A DNA stretch of 64,000 nucleotides from positions 160,001 to 224,000 of the forward strand of contig JBBIPC010000001.1 of assembly GCA_037443035.1 (NCBI GenBank), given 5' to 3'. This document shows, piece by piece, positions 9,108-17,885 of the stretch. The position numbers and the translations under genes were made by a program. The notes under the pieces were generated by a model. The model was not told the DNA's origin and ran no database searches. It saw nothing but the letters and a program-made list of their open reading frames with translations. Origin of the DNA: Chthonomonadales bacterium (GTDB taxonomy: Bacteria; Armatimonadota; Chthonomonadetes; Chthonomonadales; CAJBBX01). Positions within the stretch are counted from its first letter, which is position 1, and each line of letters starts with the position of its first letter.

Positions 9108-10436
9108 TCAGATGGGCAGACGCAGACCACGCCGGCGTTTGCCGCGCCCCTGCGTACCCATCACTTGCCGTACCATCTGCCGCATATTTTCGAACTGACG
9201 CAGGAACTGATTCACATCCTGCACTGTCATACCGCATCCTGCCGCGATTCGCCGCTTGCGACTCCCACCGATGATGGAGGGATCCTCCCTTTCCTCCGGG
9301 GTCATCGATCTTACAATCGCTTCTTGCCGTCGGATCTGCCTCTCATCCACCTGCAGATCCTTCAGACGACTCATACCCGGGAGCATCCCGAGGACCTGCT
9401 CCAAGGGGCCCATCTTTCGTACCTGCTGCAACTGCTCCAGAAAGTCATTCAGATCGAAACGGTCTTCCCTGAGACGCCGCTCCATCTCCAGGGCGCGACG
9501 TTGATCCACGGCTTCCTCTGCCTTCTCGATAAGCGAGAGGACATCCCCCATGCCGAGGATTCTGGATGCCATTCTGTCGGGGTGAAACGCCTCTAAGTTG
9601 TCGAGCTTCTCGCCGACGCCAACGAACTTGATGGGTACTCCGGTGACGCTGCGAATCGACAGAGCAGCGCCTCCACGCGCATCCCCGTCCAGCTTCGTCA
9701 GTACGAAACCGGACACGGTTAGACGTTGGTGGAAATCGGCTGCGAAGGTCACCGCATCCTGACCGGTCATTGCATCCACGACGAGCAGGATTTCGTGCGG
9801 GGCCACCGCCTGCTTGACTAGGTCCAGCTCCTCCATCATCGCTTCGTCCACATGGAGGCGGCCGGCTGTGTCCACAATGACAACATCCCGGCCGTGTGTG
9901 GCCGCATGGCGTACAGCCTCGGCAGCTATCTCCGGTGGGCTCTGCTCGTCGGTCCCAGCGAAGACGGGTGCTCGCACCTGTTCGCCGAGGACTTCCAGTT
10001 GGCGGCGTGCAGCAGGCCGGTAGATATCGGCAGCAACGAGCAGGGCATGGCGTCCGTGCTTCCGAGTCCACTGGGCCAACTTGGCGCAGGTTGTGGTCTT
10101 GCCAGATCCTTGGAGACCGCATACCATGATCACGGTAGGCGGCTTAGGTGCAAAGGCAATTTGCGCGTTTGTGCCACCGAGCAGTTGCGTCAACTCTGCA
10201 TGAACGATACGGACGACAGTCTGCGCCCCCGTCAGGGTTTCGAATACCTCCTGACCTGTAGCGCGTTCGCGCACTCGCTGCAAGAAGTCCTTGGCAACTC
10301 TGTAGTTGACATCCGCTTCCAGCAGCGCAAGACGAACCTCCCGCAGCGCTTCGGCAACGTCCTGTTCGGTAAGGCGTCCTCTGCCGCGCAGGCGCGCAAA
10401 CACAGCTTGTAGCTTGTCGGTCAGGCTTTCAAACAA
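9108..10436 (-). CDS. ffh: Signal recognition particle protein Ffh (TTG start)
   Basis: MFESL, ALLEADV, GLQGSGKTTT, DTAGR, TKLDGDARGGAALS, M-domain SRKRRIAAG. Confidence 0.98.
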   Translation of the reverse strand: MFESLTDKLQAVFARLRGRGRLTEQDVAEALREVRLALLEADVNYRVAKDFLQRVRERATGQEVFETLTGAQTVVRIVHAELTQLLGGTNAQIAFAPKPPTVIMVCGLQGSGKTTTCAKLAQWTRKHGRHALLVAADIYRPAARRQLEVLGEQVRAPVFAGTDEQSPPEIAAEAVRHAATHGRDVVIVDTAGRLHVDEAMMEELDLVKQAVAPHEILLVVDAMTGQDAVTFAADFHQRLTVSGFVLTKLDGDARGGAALSIRSVTGVPIKFVGVGEKLDNLEAFHPDRMASRILGMGDVLSLIEKAEEAVDQRRALEMERRLREDRFDLNDFLEQLQQVRKMGPLEQVLGMLPGMSRLKDLQVDERQIRRQEAIVRSMTPEEREDPSIIGGSRKRRIAAGCGMTVQDVNQFLRQFENMRQMVRQVMGTQGRGKRRRGLRLPI

Positions 10437-10465
10437 ACGATGACTCTCCGCGATGCATCACATTA

Positions 10466-10538
10466 GTGCCCGACGCACCGATCCCTCGGACTTGTGATTC
10501 GGTGCAATCGGGCACGAGACAGGTTGCGCAGTGTCCCA
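10466..10538 (-). promoter_or_regulatory. Structured 5' leader of the ffh operon (two stem-loops)
   Basis: GTGCCCGA 10466-10473 / TCGGGCAC 10508-10515 and GCACCGA 10475-10481 / TCGGTGC 10499-10505; smaller GGGACA/TGTCTC stem upstream on the minus strand. Confidence 0.55.
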
Positions 10539-10552
10539 CGAACCGGCCACAA

Positions 10553-10582
10553 AGTCTACCGCTTCTCGGCCCTCTAAGTCAA
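10553..10582 (-). promoter_or_regulatory. Sigma70-type promoter for the ffh operon
   Basis: Minus strand TTGACT-N18-TAGACT. Confidence 0.65.
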
Positions 10583-10729
10583 CGTGCGTTCGCGGCCTGA
10601 GCGGCCCGGATGGACTACGACGCACAAGAGTACAGCAAAACCTGGCAGACACGGCGCAGGTAGCTCGGGGACTCCTGTCGAAATGACTCACCACGCTAGG
10701 TGCGTTCTCGGGAAAGGAGGTAACCGGGC

Positions 10730-12004
10730 ATGTCAACGCTCGCTATCCATGGTGGTCCGAAGACCATCACCGAGCCATTTCCGTCGAGCAAAGGTGGCGG
10801 TCCTGGGGTCTCACTGATCGGCGATGAAGAGTTCGCCGCCGTGAGGGAAGTGCTAGAAACCGGCCAACTGTTTCGGTTCCACCCCGAGAGCCGCGTCAGG
10901 GCATTCGAGCGTGAAGCGGCAGCATGGATCGGCACGAAGCGAGCTCTGATGGTGAATTCCGGTACCAGTGCTCTCATCTGCGCGCTTGCTGGTCTGGGGA
11001 TCGGTCCCGGCGATGAGGTGATCGTCCCTGCGTATACCTACATCGCAACTGCGGCGGCAGTAGTGGCTGTTGGCGCTGTGCCGATCATCGCGGAAATAGA
11101 CGAGAGCCTTGGCCTGGACCCGAACGATGTGGAGCGGAAAATCACGCTGCTGACTCGTGCCATCATTCCTGTTCACATGCAGGGCGTGCCGTGTCGACTC
11201 CGTGCGATCCTGGATGTGGCTGCAAGGCATGACCTGCTTGTGGTCGAGGATTGCTGTCAGTGCATCGGCGGACGGTACGATGGCCGCACGGTCGGCACTT
11301 TCGGGGCGGCTGGAGCATGGAGTCTGAACTACTTCAAGATCATCACGTGTGGCGAAGGGGGCCTAGTCTTCACTGACGACGAACGTGTCTACGAGCGAGC
11401 ATGTTTCGCTGCCGATCCGGCGCTACCCATGTGGATGAGGGATAGCATCCCTGCGGAAGGCTGGCTTACTCCGCCATTCTCCGCCCAGTGCTACCGCCCT
11501 AGTGAAATGCTGGGCGCAATCGCCTTGGTCCAATTGCGGAGACTGGACCGGATCCTGGAGCACCTGCGCGGACTGAAGCGAGCATTCATCGAGGCGCTCG
11601 CGCCCGGCCGCTGTTACGAGCTCCAACACGTCGATGATCCAGCAGGCGACTGCGGAGTCAGTGCTGCCATTCTAGTCCACGACGCCTCCCTGGCGCAGAG
11701 GTTTGCGGAAGCACTGACCGCTGAGGGGCTACCGTGCGGCACCGCCCACAACGAGGGATTCCCGGACCGACATATCTACCGCTACTGGGATTCGATCCTG
11801 CAGCAGAACTCCCATCATCCCGCAGCCGCTCCCTGGGCGCATCCTGCCTACACCGGTCGCGTGGAATACTCGCCCGATATGTGCCCTCGAACCCTCGACA
11901 TTCTGGGACGTGCACTACGCTTCGGGTTCACCATCACCATGGAACCGAAGCACGCACAGCTCATGGCTGAGGCGATCAACAAAGTAGATGCTGCCTTGGC
12001 CTGA
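10730..12004 (+). CDS. DegT/DnrJ/EryC1/StrS PLP-dependent sugar aminotransferase
   Basis: NSGTSAL, GPGDEVIVP, VVEDCCQ, SLNYFKIITCGEGG (PLP Lys); strong SD AAGGAGGT. Confidence 0.92.
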   Translation: MSTLAIHGGPKTITEPFPSSKGGGPGVSLIGDEEFAAVREVLETGQLFRFHPESRVRAFEREAAAWIGTKRALMVNSGTSALICALAGLGIGPGDEVIVPAYTYIATAAAVVAVGAVPIIAEIDESLGLDPNDVERKITLLTRAIIPVHMQGVPCRLRAILDVAARHDLLVVEDCCQCIGGRYDGRTVGTFGAAGAWSLNYFKIITCGEGGLVFTDDERVYERACFAADPALPMWMRDSIPAEGWLTPPFSAQCYRPSEMLGAIALVQLRRLDRILEHLRGLKRAFIEALAPGRCYELQHVDDPAGDCGVSAAILVHDASLAQRFAEALTAEGLPCGTAHNEGFPDRHIYRYWDSILQQNSHHPAAAPWAHPAYTGRVEYSPDMCPRTLDILGRALRFGFTITMEPKHAQLMAEAINKVDAALA

Positions 12005-12023
12005 GGCGATTAGTTGGCAGGGG

Positions 12024-13055
12024 TTAGCGCAGGCTGGCCACGATTGCGTGCAGCAGGGCTGGTCGAACATTGCCGAACAGCGTGTAACTCCGCTCCGAGG
12101 AAGACCAGAACGCGACGCCACGGAAAGACCTCAGGGGCTTCCCCTGCGATGGTGTGGCTCGCGCAGACGCCCGGTCCCGCAATGGCCTCTGGCTCAAGAT
12201 GAGACTGTTAACGCCATCGGAATACCTGAGGAACACCGTGCGCGGGTTGCGACCTCCGACGACCCAAACACTGACCAAGTGGTACCGAGGAGGCAGGATG
12301 GGAGTCCGCACGCCGTAGCCCACCTCCTGCTCGGCTTCAGCTACGCTGCGTAGTGGACGTGTCGAGAGGATGGGCGCCAGGGCGCGCACGGGCGGCAGCG
12401 ACGCGGGCGCGAAGTCTGCGGGATTGAACGACGGTCGGTAGCTGATCCTCGTCATGTAAGACATGGCAAGCGTGTTGCCTGACGCATCCACTGTCTCATA
12501 CTTCAGGCGAACCCCGGTCTCATTGTCCAGCCAGAGCCGTTTGAAGGGGGAACCGTCTCCGGACCGGACTTCCACTACACCTGCCTCACGTCCGGCAACC
12601 AACTGTGTTCCTATATAGCGTGCTGCCACGCGTCCAACTCTGAGTGCTGTTCTCAGCTCGTCTCTTGCCGTGTCGCGCGCTGCATCGGGGATACCTCCTT
12701 CCACGATGCGAGGCGTAGGTCGCGCGATGAAGTTCAAGATGCGACTTCCCGCGATGAGCAGGATATTGCCCTCCAGGGCCGGCGGAGACAGATACTCGAT
12801 GCGCTGTCGTCTTGGTCCTGCATACTTCACAATCTGGCGGGATTCCAGGGCAGCAGGGCCGAATGTCTGGGTGACCTGAACAGCCTCGTATGGTGTGAAC
12901 TGACCGGCGGTAAGGTACCGGTGCAGGAGTTGAAGCGCCAGTCTCTCGCGAGCTGGTGGGCGGGGGAGAACTTGCGCCTGTGCGAAGCTGTGCGCAAGCA
13001 TGAAGCTTGCGCCGAGCGCAGTGATCAGCGTGCGGGAAAACGCAGTGCCGCGCAT
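12024..13055 (-). CDS. MucB/RseB-like (LolA-fold) extracytoplasmic sigma-E regulator
   Basis: Signal peptide; RIEYLSP, VAGREA, RLWLD.ETGVRLK, YSDGVNSLILSQ; follows sigma/anti-sigma. Confidence 0.75.
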   Translation of the reverse strand: MRGTAFSRTLITALGASFMLAHSFAQAQVLPRPPARERLALQLLHRYLTAGQFTPYEAVQVTQTFGPAALESRQIVKYAGPRRQRIEYLSPPALEGNILLIAGSRILNFIARPTPRIVEGGIPDAARDTARDELRTALRVGRVAARYIGTQLVAGREAGVVEVRSGDGSPFKRLWLDNETGVRLKYETVDASGNTLAMSYMTRISYRPSFNPADFAPASLPPVRALAPILSTRPLRSVAEAEQEVGYGVRTPILPPRYHLVSVWVVGGRNPRTVFLRYSDGVNSLILSQRPLRDRASARATPSQGKPLRSFRGVAFWSSSERSYTLFGNVRPALLHAIVASLR

Positions 13056-13065
13056 CGCGACTTGG

Positions 13066-13557
13066 TCACCGGACGTCCTCGCTCTCGGCAGCAGCCGCCA
13101 CATGTGCAGTCAAGCTCGCTATGGCGACGTCTTCGAGCGGGTCTCCGGCTGCTAGCCCTACGGACTGCATGCTTGCCATACGCAGGTTGGTCTCTGCTTC
13201 AGCTTCGGTGAACTCCGACACCCTTTGCCTGGGGTTGGAAGTCAGTGCAAGCACTGCCACCGCGCATACCCCTGCCGCTACGAGACCCATGCGAGGCAGC
13301 GTAGCGGCAGACCACCGACAGCGCCGAGAACGTAGGCGGGATGCGGCGATTCGCGTCTCCACGCCGATCAGAAAGTCATCTCCGATAGGCGCAGTTGCTG
13401 GCATCCGCGCAGCCCGATGGATACGCGCCAGGTCAGATGCAAGTATGCTGCAGGACGGGCATGCATCGAGGTGGTTCTCCAGGTCTATCATCTCTTCCGC
13501 AGAGAGCTCCTGGTCCAGCCAGGCCGAGACCAATCGGTGAGCCTTCGCGCACGTCAT
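13066..13557 (-). CDS. Zinc-binding anti-sigma factor (zf-HC2/ZAS) with TM helix
   Basis: MTC....LVSAWLDQEL, HLDACPSC (HxxxCxxC), hydrophobic segment; overlaps sigma stop. Confidence 0.9.
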   Translation of the reverse strand: MTCAKAHRLVSAWLDQELSAEEMIDLENHLDACPSCSILASDLARIHRAARMPATAPIGDDFLIGVETRIAASRLRSRRCRWSAATLPRMGLVAAGVCAVAVLALTSNPRQRVSEFTEAEAETNLRMASMQSVGLAAGDPLEDVAIASLTAHVAAAAESEDVR

Positions 13558-14213
13558 GGAACCTGGTCCTCAGCTGAGTTACGGAATGCCGTGATGACCG
13601 CATCTCCACGTAGGTAGGGCAGCAGTGTCTCTCTCAAGGCCATTCTTGCGTGAAACAGACGGGACTTCACCGTGCCTAGTGGACACCGAACGACCGCTGC
13701 TACTTCGTCGTATCTCAGTCCTTCTACGTCGTGAAGCAGGAATACCGTCCGCAGCCGTTCGGGAAGCTTGCTAACAGCGGCCTGAATCAACTCGTGGAGT
13801 TCCTTTTCACCTAATACCACCGCGGGATCGGTCGTCGAGTCCGCGATCAACACTGAACTCGGCGATGCTTCGGAAGCGATGGCATCCAAAGGCAGCTGTC
13901 GTCCGACGATGCGTCTGGCCCTGCGCTTGTAGTCAATGCAAAGGTTCGTGGCGATACGAAAAAGCCACGTATGCAAGGTTGCGCGGCTCTCGAATGATCC
14001 CAGGGCAGAATAGGCGCGCACGAACGTCTCCTGCGCGAGATCCTCAGCATCCTCAGTGCATCCGACCATACCGCGGATGTAATTGTACACACGGTCCTTG
14101 TATCGAGCCACGATCTCGTTGAATGCCCGTCGATCGTCGCCCTGGCACCGTGTCACCAGCGCAGCATCACCGTCTGCCGCGGTGGGAAGTATCATCCCTG
14201 CGTCGTTCCCCAC
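13554..14213 (-). CDS. ECF RNA polymerase sigma factor (RpoE/SigW-like)
   Basis: DAEDLAQETFVRAY, TWLFRIATNLCID, YDEVA...PLGTVKSRLFHAR. Confidence 0.95.
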   Translation of the reverse strand: MGNDAGMILPTAADGDAALVTRCQGDDRRAFNEIVARYKDRVYNYIRGMVGCTEDAEDLAQETFVRAYSALGSFESRATLHTWLFRIATNLCIDYKRRARRIVGRQLPLDAIASEASPSSVLIADSTTDPAVVLGEKELHELIQAAVSKLPERLRTVFLLHDVEGLRYDEVAAVVRCPLGTVKSRLFHARMALRETLLPYLRGDAVITAFRNSAEDQVP

Positions 14214-14246
14214 TCCTGGCTCGTCCTACTGGTCCTCACAGCAGTA

Positions 14247-14274
14247 TAGACGTCCGAATTGCCATATCGTTCAC
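14247..14274 (-). promoter_or_regulatory. ECF-sigma (autoregulatory) promoter
   Basis: Minus strand GTGAAC-N16-CGTCTA, matching the AAC-N16-CGT ECF consensus, 33 nt upstream of the sigma start. Confidence 0.7.
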
Positions 14275-14314
14275 AGCCGGTCGCGGTGTTCGGTGTTCGT
14301 CATGCGTTGCAGCC

Positions 14315-14348
14315 TTGCTTGACTCGTGAACGCCTGGCATAATACAAT
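14315..14348 (+). promoter_or_regulatory. Sigma70-type promoter for the hypothetical-ParA operon
   Basis: TTGACT(14319)-N18-TACAAT(14343), or TTGCTT(14315)-N17-CATAAT(14338). Confidence 0.6.
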
Positions 14349-14362
14349 GATGGTACGGGGAA

Positions 14363-15205
14363 GTGGACCGAAGACGCCTGTGGGCGGCAGTAGGCTGCGT
14401 TTTCCTCGATCCCGGGAGCATGCACGACTTGTCTTCACCACAGTTCGCCTTCGAGACCGAGTTCGCACTGCTCGATGTGGGGGCTACAGGGGCACTCGTT
14501 CGGTCAGGAGGCGTGCGCCCCTCCGTACTGGCCTATGATGCACAGGGTGGAGTGGACAGCGCGGTTCTCGAGTGGCCGGAGACCGACGCGCCAAGCGAGG
14601 CATTCGAGGAAGCGCGCCGATGGTTGCGGGGACTGAAGCCGGTGGCGTACGCATTCGTGGCTATCCTACGGCGCGAGGAGTCGGGGATCGTCTATCTGCG
14701 CTCGGGTGAGAAAGCTGGCGAAGGTTGCATGCTGGGCATCTGCCTCCAAGTCTCGGATGGCACGGTCGGTGGAGCACTATATCCCATCAAGAACAGCGCC
14801 GGTGGAGCCACGTTGGGTGTTCCGACTCACACAGACAGCGAATCCACCGACTGGTGCCCCATCGGTGATATCTGGTCGAACCCTTTCTGCATAGGAGACC
14901 TGGTCAGCTTGCGTCCGCCAGAGCGGGCTGTGGATCCGGAATCGCCTCTTTGGAGGGCGATTGTGGACCTGACCAAGCTACGCGTCCAGACAGATCGCTA
15001 CCGCTCACAGGAATACATGCTATTCCTCGACGACCTGCGCAACGGCATTTTCATGGTTGCGGGCCGATCGGCAGTGAATCCCGTACAGGTGGCGCTGAAG
15101 CCTAGGACCACGTACAATCCCATTGGCTATCTGGTAGTACCGGCGTCCAAGCTCATGCTCTTCGACGGACAGGACCGACCCGGCAGTGTCGGCGGTGGCT
15201 CGTGA
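14363..15205 (+). CDS. Hypothetical protein (alternative start ATG 14420)
   Basis: Long ORF downstream of a promoter, GTGA overlap with parA; no family recognised. Confidence 0.7.
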   Translation: MDRRRLWAAVGCVFLDPGSMHDLSSPQFAFETEFALLDVGATGALVRSGGVRPSVLAYDAQGGVDSAVLEWPETDAPSEAFEEARRWLRGLKPVAYAFVAILRREESGIVYLRSGEKAGEGCMLGICLQVSDGTVGGALYPIKNSAGGATLGVPTHTDSESTDWCPIGDIWSNPFCIGDLVSLRPPERAVDPESPLWRAIVDLTKLRVQTDRYRSQEYMLFLDDLRNGIFMVAGRSAVNPVQVALKPRTTYNPIGYLVVPASKLMLFDGQDRPGSVGGGS

Positions 15206-15978
15206 GAATCGTAGCCGTCGTCAATCAGAAGGGCGGTGTGGCCAAGACGACGACCGTCGCGAATCTCGGTGCATGTCTCGCAGCGAGGGGCAAACGCACG
15301 CTCGTCATCGATCTTGACCCGCAGGCCAACCTGACGGTGGGCCTTGGAGTGCCCTGGTACGATCTGGACCATGCCCTTCAGGACGTCCTGATGGACCCTG
15401 AAGGCGTCCCCATGGAGACCATTGTCCGACAGATAGCCGATCTGCCACTCTACCTAGCGCCGGGGCATCTCGATCTGGCTCATACCGAGGCGGTCCTCTT
15501 GCCACACGCTGACAAGGCATATCGTCTGCGCAACGCATTGGAGGACCACATCCAGGCTACCGAATACGACTGGGTGCTCATAGACTGCCCGCCGTCCCTG
15601 GGGACGCTGACGCAGAACGCCATCGTCGCAGCCACGGATCTTCTCATCCCGACGGAGCCGAAGTATTACGCGTTCGCCGGTATGAATACGCTGAACAAGA
15701 TGATCGTGTCTCTCACACGCAGCCTTCGCTTTCGGGTCGAGCTGCTGGGCGTGCTGCTGACGATGTACGAGCGTGGAACGAGGCTCCATGCAACCATTGC
15801 CGCCGAGATCCGACAGAGGTTCGGCGACAAGGTGTTCGAGACCGTAATCTACAAGAACGTGCGCCTTTCCGAATCCGAGCTGGAGGGCAAGCCGATCATC
15901 TTATTCGACCGCCGGGCGCCCGGAGCGCAGAACTACGAGGCGCTGACGGAGGAGGTGTTGCTCCGTGCGGCAGGATAA
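15202..15978 (+). CDS. ParA/Soj-family ATPase (orphan, no adjacent ParB)
   Basis: NQKGGVAKTTT deviant Walker A, IDLDPQANLT, LIDCPPSLG, GVLLTMY, NVRLSES, NYEAL. Confidence 0.95.
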   Translation: MRIVAVVNQKGGVAKTTTVANLGACLAARGKRTLVIDLDPQANLTVGLGVPWYDLDHALQDVLMDPEGVPMETIVRQIADLPLYLAPGHLDLAHTEAVLLPHADKAYRLRNALEDHIQATEYDWVLIDCPPSLGTLTQNAIVAATDLLIPTEPKYYAFAGMNTLNKMIVSLTRSLRFRVELLGVLLTMYERGTRLHATIAAEIRQRFGDKVFETVIYKNVRLSESELEGKPIILFDRRAPGAQNYEALTEEVLLRAAG

Positions 15979-16516
15979 GTCCGACGCTTTACGGGAGAAG
16001 CTTCGGCGCGGTACCGAAGAGTTCGACTTCGACGCCCTATTGCAGGGGGTGTCTACAGTAGACGAGCCTTCAGCAGCACCCGCGACAGTCGCATTACCAT
16101 CAGCTGATCAGCTTGGCGCACCGCGCGGGGGGGTTGAAGGGCTACAGAGCACAACGCCGGATCAGCAGGACCGCGAGCGGCTGAGAACTGCGCTGGAGCA
16201 CCTTGGTGGACGCCTGTTAGAAGAAAGCGGCAAGTTTCGCGCGGCGCTCGCGTCCTACGATGCTCAGGAGGCAGGCTACTACCTGGCGCGGCTCAATCAG
16301 GTGCTAGAACTGCTACATTCGGTGGATCCTGGCGGGGAGACTGCCCGCCGCCTGTCGCTTCCTGCGGCACCGCCACCCGGGCGATCATGGCCGGCCGCAT
16401 GCTGGACGCTCTACGAGCTGGCGGAGTCGCCACTGAGTGGGCTATTTCCTGGCGATGCTGATGACCAGTTCGCAGCGGAAGTGGTAGAAGCGGCGGTGGT
16501 CTCTACAGAAGCGTAA
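15965..16516 (+). CDS. Hypothetical protein, putative ParA partner
   Basis: GGAGG SD and 14-nt overlap with parA; basic N-terminal peptide, Ala/Pro linker, helical core. Confidence 0.7.
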   Translation: MRQDKSDALREKLRRGTEEFDFDALLQGVSTVDEPSAAPATVALPSADQLGAPRGGVEGLQSTTPDQQDRERLRTALEHLGGRLLEESGKFRAALASYDAQEAGYYLARLNQVLELLHSVDPGGETARRLSLPAAPPPGRSWPAACWTLYELAESPLSGLFPGDADDQFAAEVVEAAVVSTEA

Positions 16517-16533
16517 CCAGGCAAGAGAGACCG

Positions 16534-17772
16534 CTAGGCTGCCCCGCCCGACCTGGCCCTTGCATGGGCAATGTGACGCAGGTCTGTGATGGCAGTCTGC
16601 AAACGCACGAAGGCGTCGAACACGGAGCCGTACGCGCTGAAGTACCTGTGAACGTCCTGATCACTGAATGACTTGGTGGCCATGTAGTAGAGATGATCTG
16701 ATGTCTGCATGCGCCTCCAACAGTCGAGGAGTTCGGGGTCGCCAGTCGCCTTGATCTCGTGCTCCAGGCGGCGCAACTCTTCGTAACAGAACCGTTGCAT
16801 CTCGTTACCGAGCCATGCCGACGTGTCTCGCTCCATGTCGGCCCACGAGATGGTCTCGAAATCTCCAACGTCTACCGTACCGATAATTGGCAGGCGCCGC
16901 ACCGCATCCGTGGGCGTGACGAATTCCAGATATGGGTGGCGTCGCACGGCTTCGGGTAGGGCACGAAGGAAGTCGAAAATGCCAGTATCTGCCCACATGT
17001 GTTCGCCGATGGCTTCGTAGTCAAGGGCAAGGAGGATATGCATGTCGGTATCCTGGGCCAGCCACGCTGCGAACTGCTCGGCGCGAAGAGGCCAGCCTTC
17101 CCAGTTACGGTTGCTGAACCTGTAGCCAACATCATCGGACAAACGGTAGTTTCGCAGCAAGACGGGCAATCCACATGGGGCGGCGTACACGAAGTCGGGC
17201 GACCGCCAGCCTTCGAGGACCTTGTCCGTGCCTTCCGTGAGCATCCCCTCGAAGCCCATGCTCTGAACAGTTGCGGCGATGCTACTGTTGTACAGACACT
17301 CCGTGTTGCGAAAGAACGTGGGGCGCATGCCGAAGAGCTGCTCCATCCGTTTCGAGTGTAGGGCGACCTGCTCCCGAAACTCCTCGCGTTTGGCGTCGAA
17401 CAGCCCCGATAGGGAGTGGTAATACGTTTCGCCTACGAACTCTACACAGCCAGTGGCCGCCAGCGACTGGAAGATCTCGAGCACGTCTGGCCCGAACCGC
17501 TCCATCTGTTCCACCAGCGTGCCAGAAAGCCCGAATGAAACCTTGAATGGCTTGGTGTCGGCGGCATTGGCCTGCACGAGGTCGAGAAGGAGGTGCGTCG
17601 CGGGACGGTAGCATTTCTCTGCCACCTTCTCGAAGACCTCGCGGTTGAGGGCTTCATCGAATAGTCGGGGGAAGAGAGGGCTTGTAGCGTCCCGGATCAG
17701 ATCGCGTCGGCTATCGTATGGAAGTAACCTGTCGGGCTGATGAGCGAAGAAGTAGAGACTGACTAGTGGCAT
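16534..17772 (-). CDS. Glycoside hydrolase family 57 (alpha-amylase-like)
   Basis: HQP, KCYRP, GETYYHSL, FRNTE (nucleophile), LSDDVGYRF, DYEAIGEH, ISWAD.ERDTSAWLGN, QTSDHLYYM. Confidence 0.93.
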   Translation of the reverse strand: MPLVSLYFFAHQPDRLLPYDSRRDLIRDATSPLFPRLFDEALNREVFEKVAEKCYRPATHLLLDLVQANAADTKPFKVSFGLSGTLVEQMERFGPDVLEIFQSLAATGCVEFVGETYYHSLSGLFDAKREEFREQVALHSKRMEQLFGMRPTFFRNTECLYNSSIAATVQSMGFEGMLTEGTDKVLEGWRSPDFVYAAPCGLPVLLRNYRLSDDVGYRFSNRNWEGWPLRAEQFAAWLAQDTDMHILLALDYEAIGEHMWADTGIFDFLRALPEAVRRHPYLEFVTPTDAVRRLPIIGTVDVGDFETISWADMERDTSAWLGNEMQRFCYEELRRLEHEIKATGDPELLDCWRRMQTSDHLYYMATKSFSDQDVHRYFSAYGSVFDAFVRLQTAITDLRHIAHARARSGGAA

Positions 17773-17788
17773 GCGGGAATCCTTGGGG

Positions 17789-17872
17789 CGGAGAGGGCGG
17801 GATTCGAACCCGCGAGGCTCATCGCCTGCCCGTTTTCAAGACGGGTTCCTTAAACCACTCGGACACCTCTCC
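17789..17872 (-). tRNA. tRNA-Ser(UGA); CCA not encoded
   Basis: GGAGAGG/CCTCTCC acceptor stem, G73, CCCGT-CT TGA AA-ACGGG anticodon arm, long variable arm, GGTTCGAATCC. Confidence 0.97.
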
Positions 17873-17885
17873 GCACTGCAGGGAC

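Noticed and set aside
10466..10515. SRP RNA (ffs) gene next to ffh
   Set aside because: Lacks the GNRA tetraloop and AGCAG strand of domain IV; kept only as a leader hairpin
14363..17872. ParA operon as part of an island integrated at tRNA-Ser
   Set aside because: No integrase, no duplicated tRNA 3' end that I could find, and no evident compositional shift
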